A stretch of DNA of 63,822 bases from Saccostrea cucullata. Lineage: Eukaryota. The stretch's first letter is position 1; each line of letters opens with the position of its first letter. The notes under the pieces were generated by a model. That model was not told where the DNA came from and searched no databases. It saw nothing but the letters and a program-made list of their open reading frames with translations. The stretch lies in the NCBI RefSeq assembly GCF_032062105.1, contig NW_026920897.1:179-64000 (forward strand). The letters are read 5' to 3'. The position numbers and the translations under genes were made by a program. Of this stretch, positions 12,270-26,040 are shown piece after piece.

Positions 12270-15200
12270 TAGCTTTTCCCTTCTTTATTAGCCTTTAACA
12301 ATGTCTTAGAACTTTTTCTTTGGAATTCTTATTTTACAAGATAAGCTAAGTAGTACATATATGTATATGACGATGTCCTTTTATGAAGTGTAAGAGCCAT
12401 TTATGAATACTTAAGTATTATACATTTTAGGCAGTTTTGTTTTAAGTTTGTGCAGAAGGGAGGAAATAGAAGCGATAGCAATACAGAGCATAAGAATTAA
12501 AGAAATAAATAAATACATTGTATAATTCTGCTTTAAGGACAAGATATTACCTGAAAGAAAAAAATCTAAAGCAAAATACGTGTGATATATACCAGTAGAC
12601 GAGGGTGTCCAAATTAATTTTTTATTGTCTAACATTAAGAGGCAGTCCACTGAAAATCAGGCAGGGTTGTATTAATAGGCGGCACATCGAATGTGACGAA
12701 TATTTGAAATTCTATTGAAAACAATATCAATGTAGTCCAAATGGAATAATGTAATCGAAGATTTGTCTTAAAATTGCTTATTTAGTAAAATATCCTTTTG
12801 TTTCGTGTTCTTGAATTCCCCTATATAAACCATTGAATTTAGGTCAGAAACAACGAACTGTAATTTCCAATACTTATTTAACAGGACTATAATTCATGCT
12901 GAACTAAATCTAGAAATATTTCGTCTTTCATTTTCAAAAATAAAATTGGTGGGCAAAACACTTTTGACAGTAGTTTTCTGTCAAAATATATAGACGTTTT
13001 ATGAAATTTTGCGATGTAAGAGTTATCTTCCGTGGCATCGGTAAATCTGCTAAACACCTTACTATCGAAATCCTAGTGAAATATTTAGAATATATACAGA
13101 AAATAAAATTATTTAACAAAAACTTACTACTTTATTTTCAAAACAGAATTCATTTTCGCCTCCAAACGTTATATTTAGATTAAGATTGGCAGTATTATTC
13201 AGGTTGAATCCACGTTTCCATTGATGTATCAGTGACGTCATATACCTGACTAATATTGCGTCACAATTAAATAGTTACAAGTTTTCCAAAGAAGTTTGTA
13301 AATTCTTTGCATAAAAGCGCAAATAAAACGATTAAAAATAAATAATTTCTCTTTTTCTGTTCAATTACTTTTCAGAGTGCATATCCTACATGTTAAATAA
13401 TCATATATTTTTATATAAAATGTATTTTTTTCACGGGCGACGTCTCAGCTAGAAGTCCCTTTTAACAGGTAATTTTGTACATGTATGTCCGAGAACTAAT
13501 TTTTTAAACTGATTTACTAGGCTATGCGTACAAATAATTCATTGTTTATATTGAATATTTCTTAAAAAATTGGGATGTAAAGAGATTTTATTTTCTTCTG
13601 ATTATCAAGGAAAGATGAATATTTTAGATTTACGCAACATTTATAATTCAAGTCAACGGAGTTGAGATGTTTATTTCATAATATTTGTACACACACACAT
13701 CACAAAAAAAACCACTTGATTATATTTATATACGCAGTCAAACCAAAGTAAACGATCCGCGGTACGAGTAAAAATATTTTATTAAAAAAGTGAAAAATAA
13801 GATTTAAAAAATATTTATTGAGGAAAATTACTGTTGAACTCCCCACTTCAATTTGCCACTAAAACGGAAGATTTCGTGAGCGTATTTTTTGTTTTGTATC
13901 GTTTTTGTTTGTTTGTTTGTTTGAACGGCACTAGACCTACCAGTGTATTTGTTTCAGCTATGCAAAAAAATGCATCACCAGGTCCAGAAGAGTTCGTAAT
14001 ATTATACAGTGTGGCTGCGGCAATATTTGAAGATGAAAAAATAATTATCCGAAAAAAGATTTCCGCACAGGATGAAGTTTTTTTTGTTAAAGTAGAATTT
14101 AGAGACCATGACAGCAGTCATGAGGGAGGGGTACTGCTGCTTTCTCTTTTAAGCAGCAGTTTCGTGTACCCCTCCTCCTTGCGTGAAATACATTTTTTTT
14201 TATTAATTTAAAAAGAAATCAGATCTGAAGCAATCTTAGAAGTTCTCTTTTAAAACATATCTGAATTCGCCTCTAAAATCTAAGAAGTGTTCCTATAAAT
14301 ACAGCATCGGAAACAATGACTTAAATAAAGGATCCTCGCACATTAATTTTGAACATATATTATGCGGATCTCGAGTGACAGGAGCCGTTTCGTTCAAAAA
14401 TGCAAGCATTAAAACAATTCCTTAAGAGAGAGAGAGAAAGATAATTATGTTCTGAGTACCATGCATGGCCAAATTTAGACTCCAAAACACAGTTGGTCTT
14501 TGGCATAAATGTTACGATGTACATTTACGTGGTGTGTAATTGAAAGCCCATAAGTATAGTCCAGTGCATTAATACAGCTGTCGTAAATCTGTTGAAAGAG
14601 CCGGGTTGCACAAATACCCTTGAATGGTGTGAATCTCACTGCATGTCTACTTTCTGCTGGATGAGCGAGACAAAATACTGGAATAAACTTTTTTTGCTGT
14701 GGTTGCAAAGTAGCAGGAATATAACCCGAAAGTACTGCTAACTTCAAGAAGTTTCTAATGTATAGTTGTGTAATTAAAGTACGTTTGACTGGTCCATTAA
14801 ATGACGCATTAAAAAAAAAGAGTTATAAGCCACATACAGACTGTATATTACATCAGTTTCAAGTTTTTTTATTAATCAATTTTATTTCTATGACCTATGA
14901 CCTAAGTAAAAGTAGCTTATACCCACCTTAAACCATGTTTATTTTTTCAATAAAAGCTAGTGTATAAATTTTTTTCATGATGATTTCTCATCTTTTTTCC
15001 AAAACATGTAGGTTATGTTTGTCTTTGATTGACTGATCGGAGGATTCATAATGCTGCAATATTATAATGATTTCTTTCAGAGTATGAACATATTAAATAT
15101 TTTTAAAAAATATGAATTTGTTTTAAACTCTTTTTTTTAATTAATTATTTTATAGAATGAATAATGCAATAGTTTCTACTTTTCCCTCTAAATATCGATA

Positions 15201-16199
15201 AACATGCAAGTAAAATACACACCGATACAAAAAATCATAAAATCATTGGAGGAAGTGGTGAATACTAAGGCCTCCTGTTGACAGGCAACAAAAAATAATT
15301 ACAATGCAGGTTACTTCCCTTCAATAGCGGTACACTAACATGCTAACATCCGTGTAGATTATTTCATTTCAGGCACACTTTTTTTTTGGGGGGGGGGGGA
15401 GCAATAAAAGGCAAAACAAAAAGGACATTTCATTTGTTATAGTATAAACTGCCTACATTGTACCGAGGATAAAAGGATAATAAATGTAGCTTTTGTTTTC
15501 AAAATTAAATTACTAGTATACACTGATAAATTATATTCATTTGAACCCCTTCCCATTTCTTTCAAACTTGCTTTTATTGTTTGTTTTTTTTTTAGGGGGG
15601 ATGGGTACGCAAATAGAAATCAACACCTCTGTATAAAATCTAACACATTGGCTTTACACTTTAATCAGATTATCTATGCTTTTTATCATAGATATGGAAA
15701 GTCTTAATAAATACATGTAGTAACAAGAATTCATGCTGAATATGAATAGATTTATGTTCTTTTTGTTACTGCCCCGGCAAGATACACATGTAATATGCGA
15801 TCTTCCCATATTTGTGTTTTGGCAGCAAATAAGAATGAAAATAGGGGGAGGATAATAAATTGGCTACTTCGAAAGATTTTCACCTTCTGTTTGATAATCG
15901 TTAATTTTTTAAATACTAAATAACAGTAGGCTTTTATTAGTACACTGAAGACTACTCATACTACTCATATGTTGCCTAGTCAATGTATTTGATTAATAAA
16001 GAAATTTATTAATGACGTGTTTTCACACTGCATTTATTTGCAAAATACGGCAAACATTTATGACGTCAACTTTAGCGCTAGTTTTCTCAATAACGTCACA
16101 ATGCACTTAAGCCTGGTTTTCGCTTGACGGTCATCATATACGAACGATTTGGCAATGTTTTGGGATTTTTTTTCTTCTGTATTCATTTTAAGTTTTATA

Positions 16200-16666
16200 C
16201 GGCGTTATTACTCCATCTAAATCATAGCAAACTGATTTCTGGTGCGCGGTAACGTCACCAAACGTCACCATTTTTCATGAGTTGTGTTTGCCACTTTCCC
16301 ATTTCAAATGCTCAGGGAATTGTCAAAAATTGACCAAATGCATTGAAAATTTTAAAAAGACAACAAAATAAATTGTGGAATTGAATAAGGAAAACTTTTA
16401 CCCTAATCTTATCTATTTAAATCTTTTGTTTCAAATCAAAACTCCTCTATTCTCTTATAAAACCTTCGTTTTTTGACCGTAAGCCGTAGGGCCTTACCCT
16501 ATGCTCATAAAAGCATTACAAAATCTATATTGTTGTGTATATTTTATCCAAAACATTATGATTAACTTAGATATGATAAATAAACATTCACTGAAAATTT
16601 CAGCTTATTACGTCCATTATTTTTCGAGAAAAAAGCTTTGTCCACGATTTTACGGGACAACCATCG
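16200..16666. mobile_element. Partial copy of the mariner-like MITE at 28627-29638
   Basis: Matches ~29200-29638, including the right TIR CCACGATTTTACGGGACAACCATCG followed by TA. Confidence 0.75.
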
Positions 16667-16835
16667 TATACATGAACTTGTCTTAAATTCACTTTAAAAT
16701 TTCACGAATTATGCGAGACATATATTGCACAAATAAATCGGGGTTCGTCACATACACAAAACATACTCACTCTGATAATTCTATCTGTATATCTTTATAA
16801 TAGACCCAGATTCTTGCTATAAAAAAGATTTTAAC

Positions 16836-17390
16836 AACTAGAAAGTCTGCTATTGCAAGCAAAAGCGTATGTCGCCCCGAACTGGACAAGACTGTCATCT
16901 TTTGTATCATTAAAACAAGACACATTAGCTAATCTTGGACAACCATCAATTCGTATCAGTCCTTTGAGTACTTTAACCATCAATTCGTATCTGTCCTCTC
17001 AGTACTTTCAGTACTTTGATTTAAAAAGCAAAGTGAAAACTTTTACTTTCCCTTGGTTTCCATGGCAATAATCGATTATTTGAAATTTTTAGATGCGAAT
17101 CGCACAACTACAGATACTAATCATTAAAATAAAAAAAAGTTTCATGACGAACATTTAAGGGACCAGAGAGAACACTAGCGGACAAAATTCGTCGTTTTTT
17201 ACAGGTTTCCATGGCAACGGTTGTCATATTGGAGCTGAACAACCTCACTGCACAACTACAACCAGTGATCGTCCTTTGAGAAAAGTTTCAGGAAGATTGT
17301 CCCAGCCATCTCCGAGAAACAGCCTGGATAAAAAAAAACATGCGTATAATCGCAATATGTCGTCCCCGACTTCGTTCGGGGCGACATAAT
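16836..17390 (-). mobile_element. Helentron-associated non-autonomous element (HINE-like)
   Basis: Subterminal inverted repeat TATGTCGCCCCGAAC / GTTCGGGGCGACATA, terminal hairpin, A/T-run boundaries. Confidence 0.6.
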
Positions 17391-18606
17391 TACTGCGTCG
17401 GGATTATTAGATAATAATGTCATATAAAGCAGCGACATACTAGAGTATTAAATACTTTTGAACATACATATACAGAAAAAGAACTATTGTAACGCTCAGG
17501 TGTACAAAGGTAAGCAGTTACTATAGAATGTTTCTTGCAAAGAAATTGTTTCGACGTTACGATGTTATGACATTACGTTACAAATAATGACGTTCCTCTT
17601 GTCAATTTTATTTGCATGTAAAACAATGCCATACTGTCAAATCTCTTATTGGAAAAGTATTAAAGATATCTAAAACAGAAAACAGTTATGAAAAGCTACA
17701 AGTCTGCACTATCTTTATTGAAATTCTTTTTATTTTTTTTAGTTAAGGCTGATTTCGATGGTTCGTGGCTTTAGCTCTTTAGCAATAGCTCCTTCTGAGG
17801 AGATTTATGCATGCATTCAGCTTAAGAATTTTTTATATTTACTAGTGAAACGGCAAATATGTAGTTTATAATAAATAGAGGCATTTGTTATGTAATATTC
17901 GATTTGAAGATTTTACAGAAATATATATTTAGGTCTCAATAAATAGTGGGTACCATATCCAGGATTTTGATTGATTGAAATGCTTATTTTAATTCATATT
18001 TAGAATAAGACCCTTTAAAGAATTGGAATAATACTATATGAAATGTCATTTTTGCTGAATTATATGTAAACCCGGATACATTTGATTTACATAAGATTGT
18101 AAAAATATTTAAGTATACAAAATTTTGGATCAGATTTATTGACTAACAAGATGCAAGAATGTTTCAGACTGGAATTGTATATTATAAATCACAGGGTTCC
18201 CAGATTATATGATACCTTTCCATGATTATGTAAATCATAGTGTTACGAATATAAAATTGCAACTAATGCATTATAAACAATTCATATACACTGCAATTTT
18301 ATTCACACCATTTTATGGGCTTTGAAAGGAACATGACAAAATAAGTTCACTTTAAAATGTGTTGTGGTTTTAAATGATGTCTCCTATATGACTTCCTATC
18401 TGGATAATGACCATTTTAGAAAAAGCACATTTCTTAACGTAACGCAATCCTCTTGATTTTCATCAAAAATTTACTTTTGTTCTTAAATGCAAAATTTTAG
18501 ATTTGGTTTGGTAACAATGAATTAAGATTTCACTTGTGTAGTGTTATACAATTTATACCTCACAAGAGTTATTTTATTTTTTAAATTGTGATCATTATCT
18601 CGGGTA

Positions 18607-20965
18607 TGTAACCCTTCACGGTTTTGTTTTTAGAATGCTTTATGTTGTTCCTTCATGAAAATAGGAGGCCATCTTCCTTGTTTTGCTTGCTCCAAGCCTT
18701 TATTATAATATATTGTTCACTCTTGCGGGTACATGCAATCCCTGCACCATAAGTAAGTATTTTATGTATTGTGTTGAGTTCTGCTATGAATGCAAATTCT
18801 GTACTGATCCTAGGTTTATGTGATATTTAACCTACATGTAACTCATAGTGCATTAATTTTGCTTATGTTAGGCCAGTCTATGATTGAATTTAAATTGATA
18901 AAATGTTCACTTAATATGGGTATTATACATGTTGTCTTGTTTGTCTTTAATTTGTTTCACTTACAATGTAAAATAAGGAAAATTTTGTAAATTTTGTCTC
19001 TATATTAATAAAAGCAAAATTCAAACAGAAAGTCAAGCCCTAGCAAACTTCCTTGAAAGATCACACACAGAATAAGCTCTACAAAAACTGGAGTAGCATT
19101 GGTCTCAGTATATCACATATTCTGATATAGTGTTCACATTTCGAGATGCTCTGCATAATAGACTATTGGAGGCAGCCGAGTTTCAGAGAAGTTTGAATTT
19201 AAATCCAGGACTTCACCACAAGCCTCAAAGACAATATCAGAGATTTTAAAAAAACGAGTGAATGCGGAGACCCAGCAAACTAGACTTAAATACTTGGAAG
19301 AGCAGGCGGCTCTGGAAAACAAAAAGGCAGCCACTGATATTGATATATGGCTTTCTAAGAAAAAAGAAGCAGCAGCTATGGCAGACGCAGAAGTGAATGC
19401 CATGGAAAATTACGAGGAAGTTTTCAATTTCTCATTGAAGAACAAAGTGTGGAACAGAGGGCCAGGGAAAGAACTGAAACTTATGTAAACTCGCAGGCCA
19501 GCAACCACTCAGAGATCATACCTAACTATGTTCAACATGATAGTGCCTCACATAGCTCGAGACCTACAAGCATCACTCAACCAGGATTTCATTTTCCACC
19601 AGGCAGTCATGTCCAATCTCTTGAACAGTCACCTCTAGTTGACCTCAGTAACTACCTTTTGAAAAAGAATACTAATACATCGTTTCTCAGCCTTTGATGA
19701 CTCGACCAAAGATTAAACAGTGTGGAAGGTTGGTTTCCTGAATATTCTGAAGGAATTGAAGGTATCGCTTATCGAAGAAATTTATTTATTGACACAATAG
19801 TTTGGCCCCGTATCAAAAAGATATGCAAGATCCATACTCTCAGCAAATACTCACCAACCTGAGAGGGGTTTATCCCTGATATGGGCACGATTACGAGATC
19901 TCTATGGGAACCAGAAATCGTGCAGGCAGCATTGAAGTCACAGCTAAAGAACTTACTAAAAATTACAGAGACAGATCCAAAGTGTTATTGTGATCTACTT
20001 CACTTGCTGTATGAGATTGAGTCCAACAAGCAAGATCCAAAATATTCCTAATAGACTACCTGGATACTACGACACTTCCTCAGGCATATTACCTATTGTA
20101 AGTAAACTCACCAATCAAGTACAAGATAAATGGGCAACCCGTGCATCTCAGTATAAACGTTTGAATCATGTTCCATTCCCACCATTCAGCATTTTTGTCA
20201 CTTTCATACAGGACAAGTGTGAATTGAAAAACGACCCAGGTCTTATTTCTAGTACCATGTATCCATCAGACAAGGTCCTACTACCAAGGTCTTTGTTCGG
20301 AAGTTAGACGTTGGTAACAAAACACCAACATCCTCTATGCGGTACCCTATACACAAGGCTGATCATACCTTGTTACAATGCTGTGCCTTTCTGGCAATGA
20401 CATTCCCAAATAAACGCGACTTTCTGAAACTGTTTCCGTTGCTGCAAGTGAAAGCATAGGGCCAACATGTGCAAACTAAAAGTGAGTTGTGATGTATGTA
20501 AGAGCGACCGCTATGTTACATGTATGCACTTTCACAGAGACACTGGGCAAGAGAATGGCGGGGAGAGTTCATCTAAGGAATTACCGTCTGGAAAGGGAAA
20601 TGAAAACATTATCACGTCCTCTTGTACCCGATTGGATTGTGTGAAAGGATTGAGTTGGCTGATCTTGTGGGAAGATTGTCCTTGTCAACGTAGACCCATG
20701 TAAAAGACCTGATCTTACTCAGAAGATGGCGAACCTACCTACTTACAGTGAAGTGGACTGTTTTTGGCCATGGAGTGTGACAGCTAGGCGTATGCGTGGA
20801 AGGAGTGCCTACTCTAAGAGATGAGCAGCTTTGTTTACCTGTATGTGCTGTAAGGCGGTGCACATTGAAGTATTAGAAAAGATGAATACACCTTCCTTTG
20901 TGAATGTTGTACGTCGATTCTATGCTATAAGAGGAAATGCTAAGGAGTTTAACTCAGATAGACGT
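18607..20965 (+). mobile_element. BEL/Pao LTR retrotransposon relic: putative 5' LTR, degenerate gag, integrase fragment
   Basis: TGT...ACA LTR-like segment at ~18607-19117 (boundaries approximate). Gag coiled coil (RLKYLEEQAALE), YYDTSSGILPIVSKL..DKW and FPPFSIFVTF motifs, Cys/His knuckles. Integrase LFTCMCCKAVHIEVLEKMNTPSFVNVVRRFYAIRG...SD. Many stops and frameshifts. Confidence 0.88.
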
Positions 20966-23025
20966 TCAGGAAATAAACCAGTGGAGTTATTAATAATAAA
21001 ATACTATGTAGTTCCTAATTTACACCTCATTATCTTCAGACAGGGTATCCCAGCCAATTAGTCAAGATAAACAAAGTGACTCGTAATACCCCACTCGTTT
21101 AAAATACACACACTAATTGACAGAACAAGTAAATTTTGAATGAAAACACGGAAATAATTTTGCAAATTTAAGACACAAAAAATATGATAAGCACTTTCCT
21201 ATTATTTTCCATTAGGTCTTAGCTAACACAATGTTAAAATGATGTTTTAAATAATTTGTATTTATTTAAAAGCATTCTCACCCTTTTTTTTGCTATATAT
21301 TATATTCTGTTACATGTCTTTCATGTATAAAGTATATGTTTATGTATAAATTAATTGAAAGTAATCTAAAAAGAATTAGTATTGCATTGGAAATTTTAGC
21401 TGTAATCGATTAAAGACCCAATTTTTTACCGTACGGTTACCTGGGGAGGGGGAGTGGTCGAAGTAACAGTGATGTTATTTACCTGGAGACCCCCAATACC
21501 CAAGTTGTCAAAAACCTATACAGACGTAGCAGTACACAGGAAGTCTGTGTTTGGTAATCAGGGTCAACATTACGTGTTTTGTGTCCATTTTTGAGTGAAA
21601 CTACGAAAAATAATTATTTTGATATGAACTTTATTTGAAAACTAACAGCATTAATCGTAATGTTTTGAAGGAAAAAAAATATAAAGATATATCATTTCAT
21701 AAAATGTTTACGCTAAATGAAATAAAAAATCACGAGTAAAAACCACAAAGACATTTTTTTTAATCTGCAATAAACGAAATCACTATAATAAATAAAGTCT
21801 AAATATTGAAAAAAAAAATCCATTTTTCCGTCTTGCATGTGAACATTTACCAAGATCGGAATTTTATTTATTTATTTATTTTAAATTTTCTGGCCAACAA
21901 TTTCCAAAATATTCAATATTTTCGATTGTTCTTGTGTTAAAAAAATTTATCGTAAGAAATATATCTCCTCAGAATCGATCACTATTAATTATCTTCACCT
22001 TTTCATTACGAATATAGACAGACGCTAAAGGAAAATCGAGTATTAATTCTGAAATAAACTTTGTACAAAATAAAACATCCTTTGTAAACTATATGCCGTT
22101 AATGCTGACTATTTTTCTTATATTCCATTTCTTAAAAAATAATTTTAATCGTCGGACGTCCATATTACGGGAAATTGAGCCGGTTTCTGTGGACAGTCTT
22201 TTTTCTACAGGTTACTTGTAGTAATAGGTTCTTACAAGTAATAAACAGCTGTGAAGATAGAAAAAAATATTTTATGATGTCAATGTTCTAATAATATACG
22301 TACTTTCAATTATTTTTTTGAAATAAAATTCAAACATATGGAGTTTTCTAACCCGCGTGTATACAAGGTGGGTACATGAAAGAGTTTGGCGTGCGAGAAG
22401 GCAGTTGTCTTCAAAACATGCAAACTCAGATTATCAGGTAGCACAGGTAGCTGATATGTCAATCAAATCAGAAGCTATTGTTTTTTTAATGATTGACAAG
22501 CGGTAAATTATTGATCTTGAATCAGGTAGATGTTGGGGGCTTTAACATAAAATTGGGTGTTTAAATTACGATACATGTAGCAATTAATAAAAAAAATATC
22601 TTCCATTATAGATTACTGTCGATTACTTATATCATCATATATTAATCATATAAATGGAGACACTCTTTTGGTTTATATTATTCTCTTATCTGAAACATAC
22701 AAAAAACTATAAATTTTTTATACCTTGGATTGTAAAACATCACTAAAAATCATTAGCCAAAGTTTATCATTAATATCTGGGAAAGGGGTGAAATCTATGA
22801 TGTATTATAAAGTTTCTTAAATTTTTAATCAAGAAAAAGTAAAATTAAGTTGTAAGACAGTGAACTTTGTAAATTGAATATAAACCAGAAATGTTACTGT
22901 ATACATGTCCCTTAAAAGTGTCACATTAAAATAAATCAGCAAGTCCCGACACACACTCAGACACACTCTCCCTCCCCTCGCTCACACACTCACAAACACA
23001 CCCTCACTCACACACATAAACTTAC

Positions 23026-23177
23026 GATTTTTTCTTCTCATATACAGGAAATACACAAGCAGTGAAGAAATAAGCAGAAAGAATGCCATTCCAAATACAA
23101 CAGCCATGGCTAAGGTAACAACATTCCCTGTTGCTGCAGAGGTAGTGGCTGGAATCACTGCTGTATTCGGTATTTTG
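23026..23177 (-). CDS. Internal exon: Thr/Ala stalk plus transmembrane helix of the ankyrin receptor gene
   Basis: GGCAG| acceptor and |GTAAGT donor. Encodes KIPNTAVIPATTSAATGNVVTLAMAVVFGMAFFLLISSLLVYFLYMRRKN (TM helix plus basic stop-transfer). Starts in phase 2 and ends in phase 1, matching the neighbouring exons. Confidence 0.8.
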
Positions 23178-23424
23178 CTGCCAATTCAATTAATAATATC
23201 AATTACTAGTACCGGTATATAGGGATAAACTGTGACAATATTCAAGTTTGCATTACAAACACAGAATGTAGAGGACATATGGGACACATGAACCCCTGAA
23301 AATATTAGATGTACCTAGTACCATGACGTAGAAAACATATATTATTCACCGTTATTCACAATATGCACCGATAGCGCCTTTAATACTGATTTCACTGTTA
23401 ACCTGGTCAATACACAGAGGGATT

Positions 23425-23530
23425 GAGTGGTCGACAGGGATGTTTACTCCTCCTAGGCACCTGGTCCCACTTCTGGTTTTTAAAAATTTCCATGTTTTGC
23501 ACTCTTCTTATTTTGTATTCTTAATAGAAT
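23425..23530 (+). mobile_element. Penelope-like element 3' end fragment (degenerate)
   Basis: CAGGGATGTTTACTCCTCCTAGGCACCTGGTCCCAC matches the 3' UTR at ~34255-34295. Confidence 0.65.
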
Positions 23531-24221
23531 AGGCTGATATGGCTACTGTCAGCTTAGTTAATATGTGCAATGCAAAAAGGAAAAACATTGTTCCATATTA
23601 TAATTGTATAATAAATACCATACGAGTAAAGCTTTAGACGCTATAACTTTTTTTTTTCATTTATTAATAGTTTAAATGGTTTATTCAGTAAACTTAATCT
23701 TTTTTTTTCGCGAAAAAATAATTTTTGCGCACTGATAGGAGACAATTTGCTTTAGAAAATTATCTTGTGGATTAGTCTTCCTAAATATTAAATCCGAGAT
23801 TAATTATCACAATTCGTGAAAACTCTGTCCCCCTTAGTTTGTTTGTCTAAATATATATTAATTATACTCTAAAGATAGCAAACAATCAGAAATGTGGGAA
23901 TGCTGCTCGCTATACAATTTTATTACATTTATATACACTGCATAAACACTACTCTTATGTTCATAATATCAATTTTCAAACCTTTTAAGTTCTCTTTACA
24001 TATTTAATTTACTAGCCCTTGAATACATTGCTTTCTAGCAAGTTGTTGCCATTCAAAAACGTTCAGCAATACGCGGACAATAAGCACGTTTTTTTCTAAT
24101 CAAAAAAGATATAAATAAAAAAATCTGCTTTCTTTACAAAAATTTTTGTAGAAAAAACGATTATATATTTAATCATGTACTTTCTTTTTCGTTATAATTT
24201 AGAGTTTTATACTTAAACTTA

Positions 24222-24352
24222 GACCGGTCAGCAGGGGATGTTCATTCCACCATGGCACATGATCCCACCTCTGATGATTCGGAGGTCCGTGTTTGCTTGT
24301 TCCTATTTTGAATTGTTTATATTGAATACGGTTTGTTATCTCCATATCCTTA
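24222..24352 (+). mobile_element. Penelope-like element 3' end fragment
   Basis: GACCGGTCAGCAGGGGATG...GGCACATGATCCCACCTCTGATG matches 34243-34390. Confidence 0.75.
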
Positions 24353-24927
24353 TTACTGTTATATCTAAAATTCGATGTCAGTTAAAGGAATGTCAATGTC
24401 TCTGATATAGCCTTAATCTTTAATGCTAGAATGTTGGAAGAAAATGGATTATCTATGTATCACAATTACCCTACATATGTGAAATATTTCACTACATCTC
24501 AGAGTTAAACTCATTGTCTTGTTCTCGGTAATTTTGTTCTGTTTGACAAGGAAGACATTTCTGTTAAAGGTGATATATCTATTGAAGGCAGCATACCATG
24601 TCTATAGGAACGCAGATAATTACTCTAGAATAAAGTTCACTATAGAAAATAAATATTTACAGTTTTGTTCATTCTAAAATTGCACCAATAAAAACTAAAC
24701 AATAGAAATGTCAGTGTATGTACGATCCTTCCCCCTTAAGAAACATTATATGACCTTTTTTTTTTTTTGCTGGTAACAAATTTTCGTTATTTTTACCATC
24801 AGCCTGAGTGATGTAACTTTTTTTTCAAGCTGAAAAGCAATCTGATTTTTTTTATTTTTCAAATCAATTCACCTTTTTAATATTGCTATGGTTGCATACA
24901 GTCAATTTATATCAAACAGGCTAATTA

Positions 24928-26040
24928 AGAGAATTTGTGTCCCCCGCTTAGAGAAGTAAATCAAACGCAATTCCGGAGGGGGGATCCCCCTGCCAGAATT
25001 TGTAGAATTATTAAATCTATACATGTAAACTGAAGCAAATGAAATATGCCAATATGGAAAAGAAGATTTGAATACTTAATCTTATTACGTGTTTAGAAGA
25101 TTCTTTTAATATAGCATATTTATCAGACTGTGATGATGTTTATATGAGTTTGTACAAGTCAGACGTCTCAACTTTTTTTCATTTTACATGCCGAATACTA
25201 TCAGTTAGTAAAAAATGTATTAAAAAAAAAGAAAGTGGATCGTCCGGGATTCGAACCTGGGGCCTTTCAAGTGTTAGGGGAGAGACATACATGTTCCACT
25301 ACACAACGAAAAGGCTTTTCTTTAAAAAAATTATATGCAAACATGAGGTCATTTACATACTGTATAATTGTCAAAATTTTTACACAATGTTTAATTTTTC
25401 CTTGATTAAACAGTTCTAGTAAATCTATTGAGGATATAATGTCCGCCGAGAACCTGTATTATACGTAATAGGTCTCCACATGCCCCTGTACTAAATATAG
25501 CGACATTTAATACAACAAATACCAATAAAACAAACTGGGCAGGCCACTTTTAGAGGGGTGAGAGAAGCCCTAGGGAGTTTGGTATAAAATTACATTGCAA
25601 AGTCTCAAAATCTTCTTGAAATATCGCCCGGAAACAATAGTGTTACACGCATACAGAAAGTATCAATTAACGACCTTGAACTTTGACCTTCTGATCTCAA
25701 AATCAATAACGGTCTTCCTTAGGCCACAGGGAGTTGTTATGTAAAATGTCGTTGCGAAAGCTCAAAGGATTCTCGAGATATCGCGCGGAAACGAAAGCGT
25801 TATAAGAGACAAAATTTGCAATGTTATGACCTTTGACTTTTAACTTGAAATCAATAGTGTTCTTTGTTAGTCAATAGTGAGTTGCTATGCGAAATTTCAT
25901 CACGAAATCGAAAAGAGTTTTTGAGATATCGTGTGGAAACGAAAGCGTTACAGACAGACAGAAAGACGGACGGACGAACAGCTAGATAGACGGACAGACA
26001 GATTCAAATTTATAAGCCCCACTTTTCCAGCGGGGGAAAT
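24928..26040 (-). mobile_element. HINE-like element carrying a tRNA-like segment (inverted copy of 34975-36082)
   Basis: Full-length reverse-complement similarity to 34975-36082. CCCCCGCT subterminal IR, (GACA/GACG)n microsatellite, internal TGACCTT repeats. Confidence 0.8.
25235..25313 (-). pseudogene. tRNA-Val(AAC)-like sequence inside HINE
   Basis: The minus strand has an A box (TGTAGTGG), anticodon loop CTAACAC, B box GGTTCGAATCC and a following T-run. Stems are degenerate. Confidence 0.55.

Noticed and set aside
21430-21560. Candidate extra exon between the TM and ankyrin exons
   Set aside because: Splice-like sites exist, but the obvious acceptor gives an immediate stop in the required phase.
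24470-24630. Candidate stalk exon (Ser/Thr-rich, minus strand)
   Set aside because: Each frame hits a stop before the available donor.
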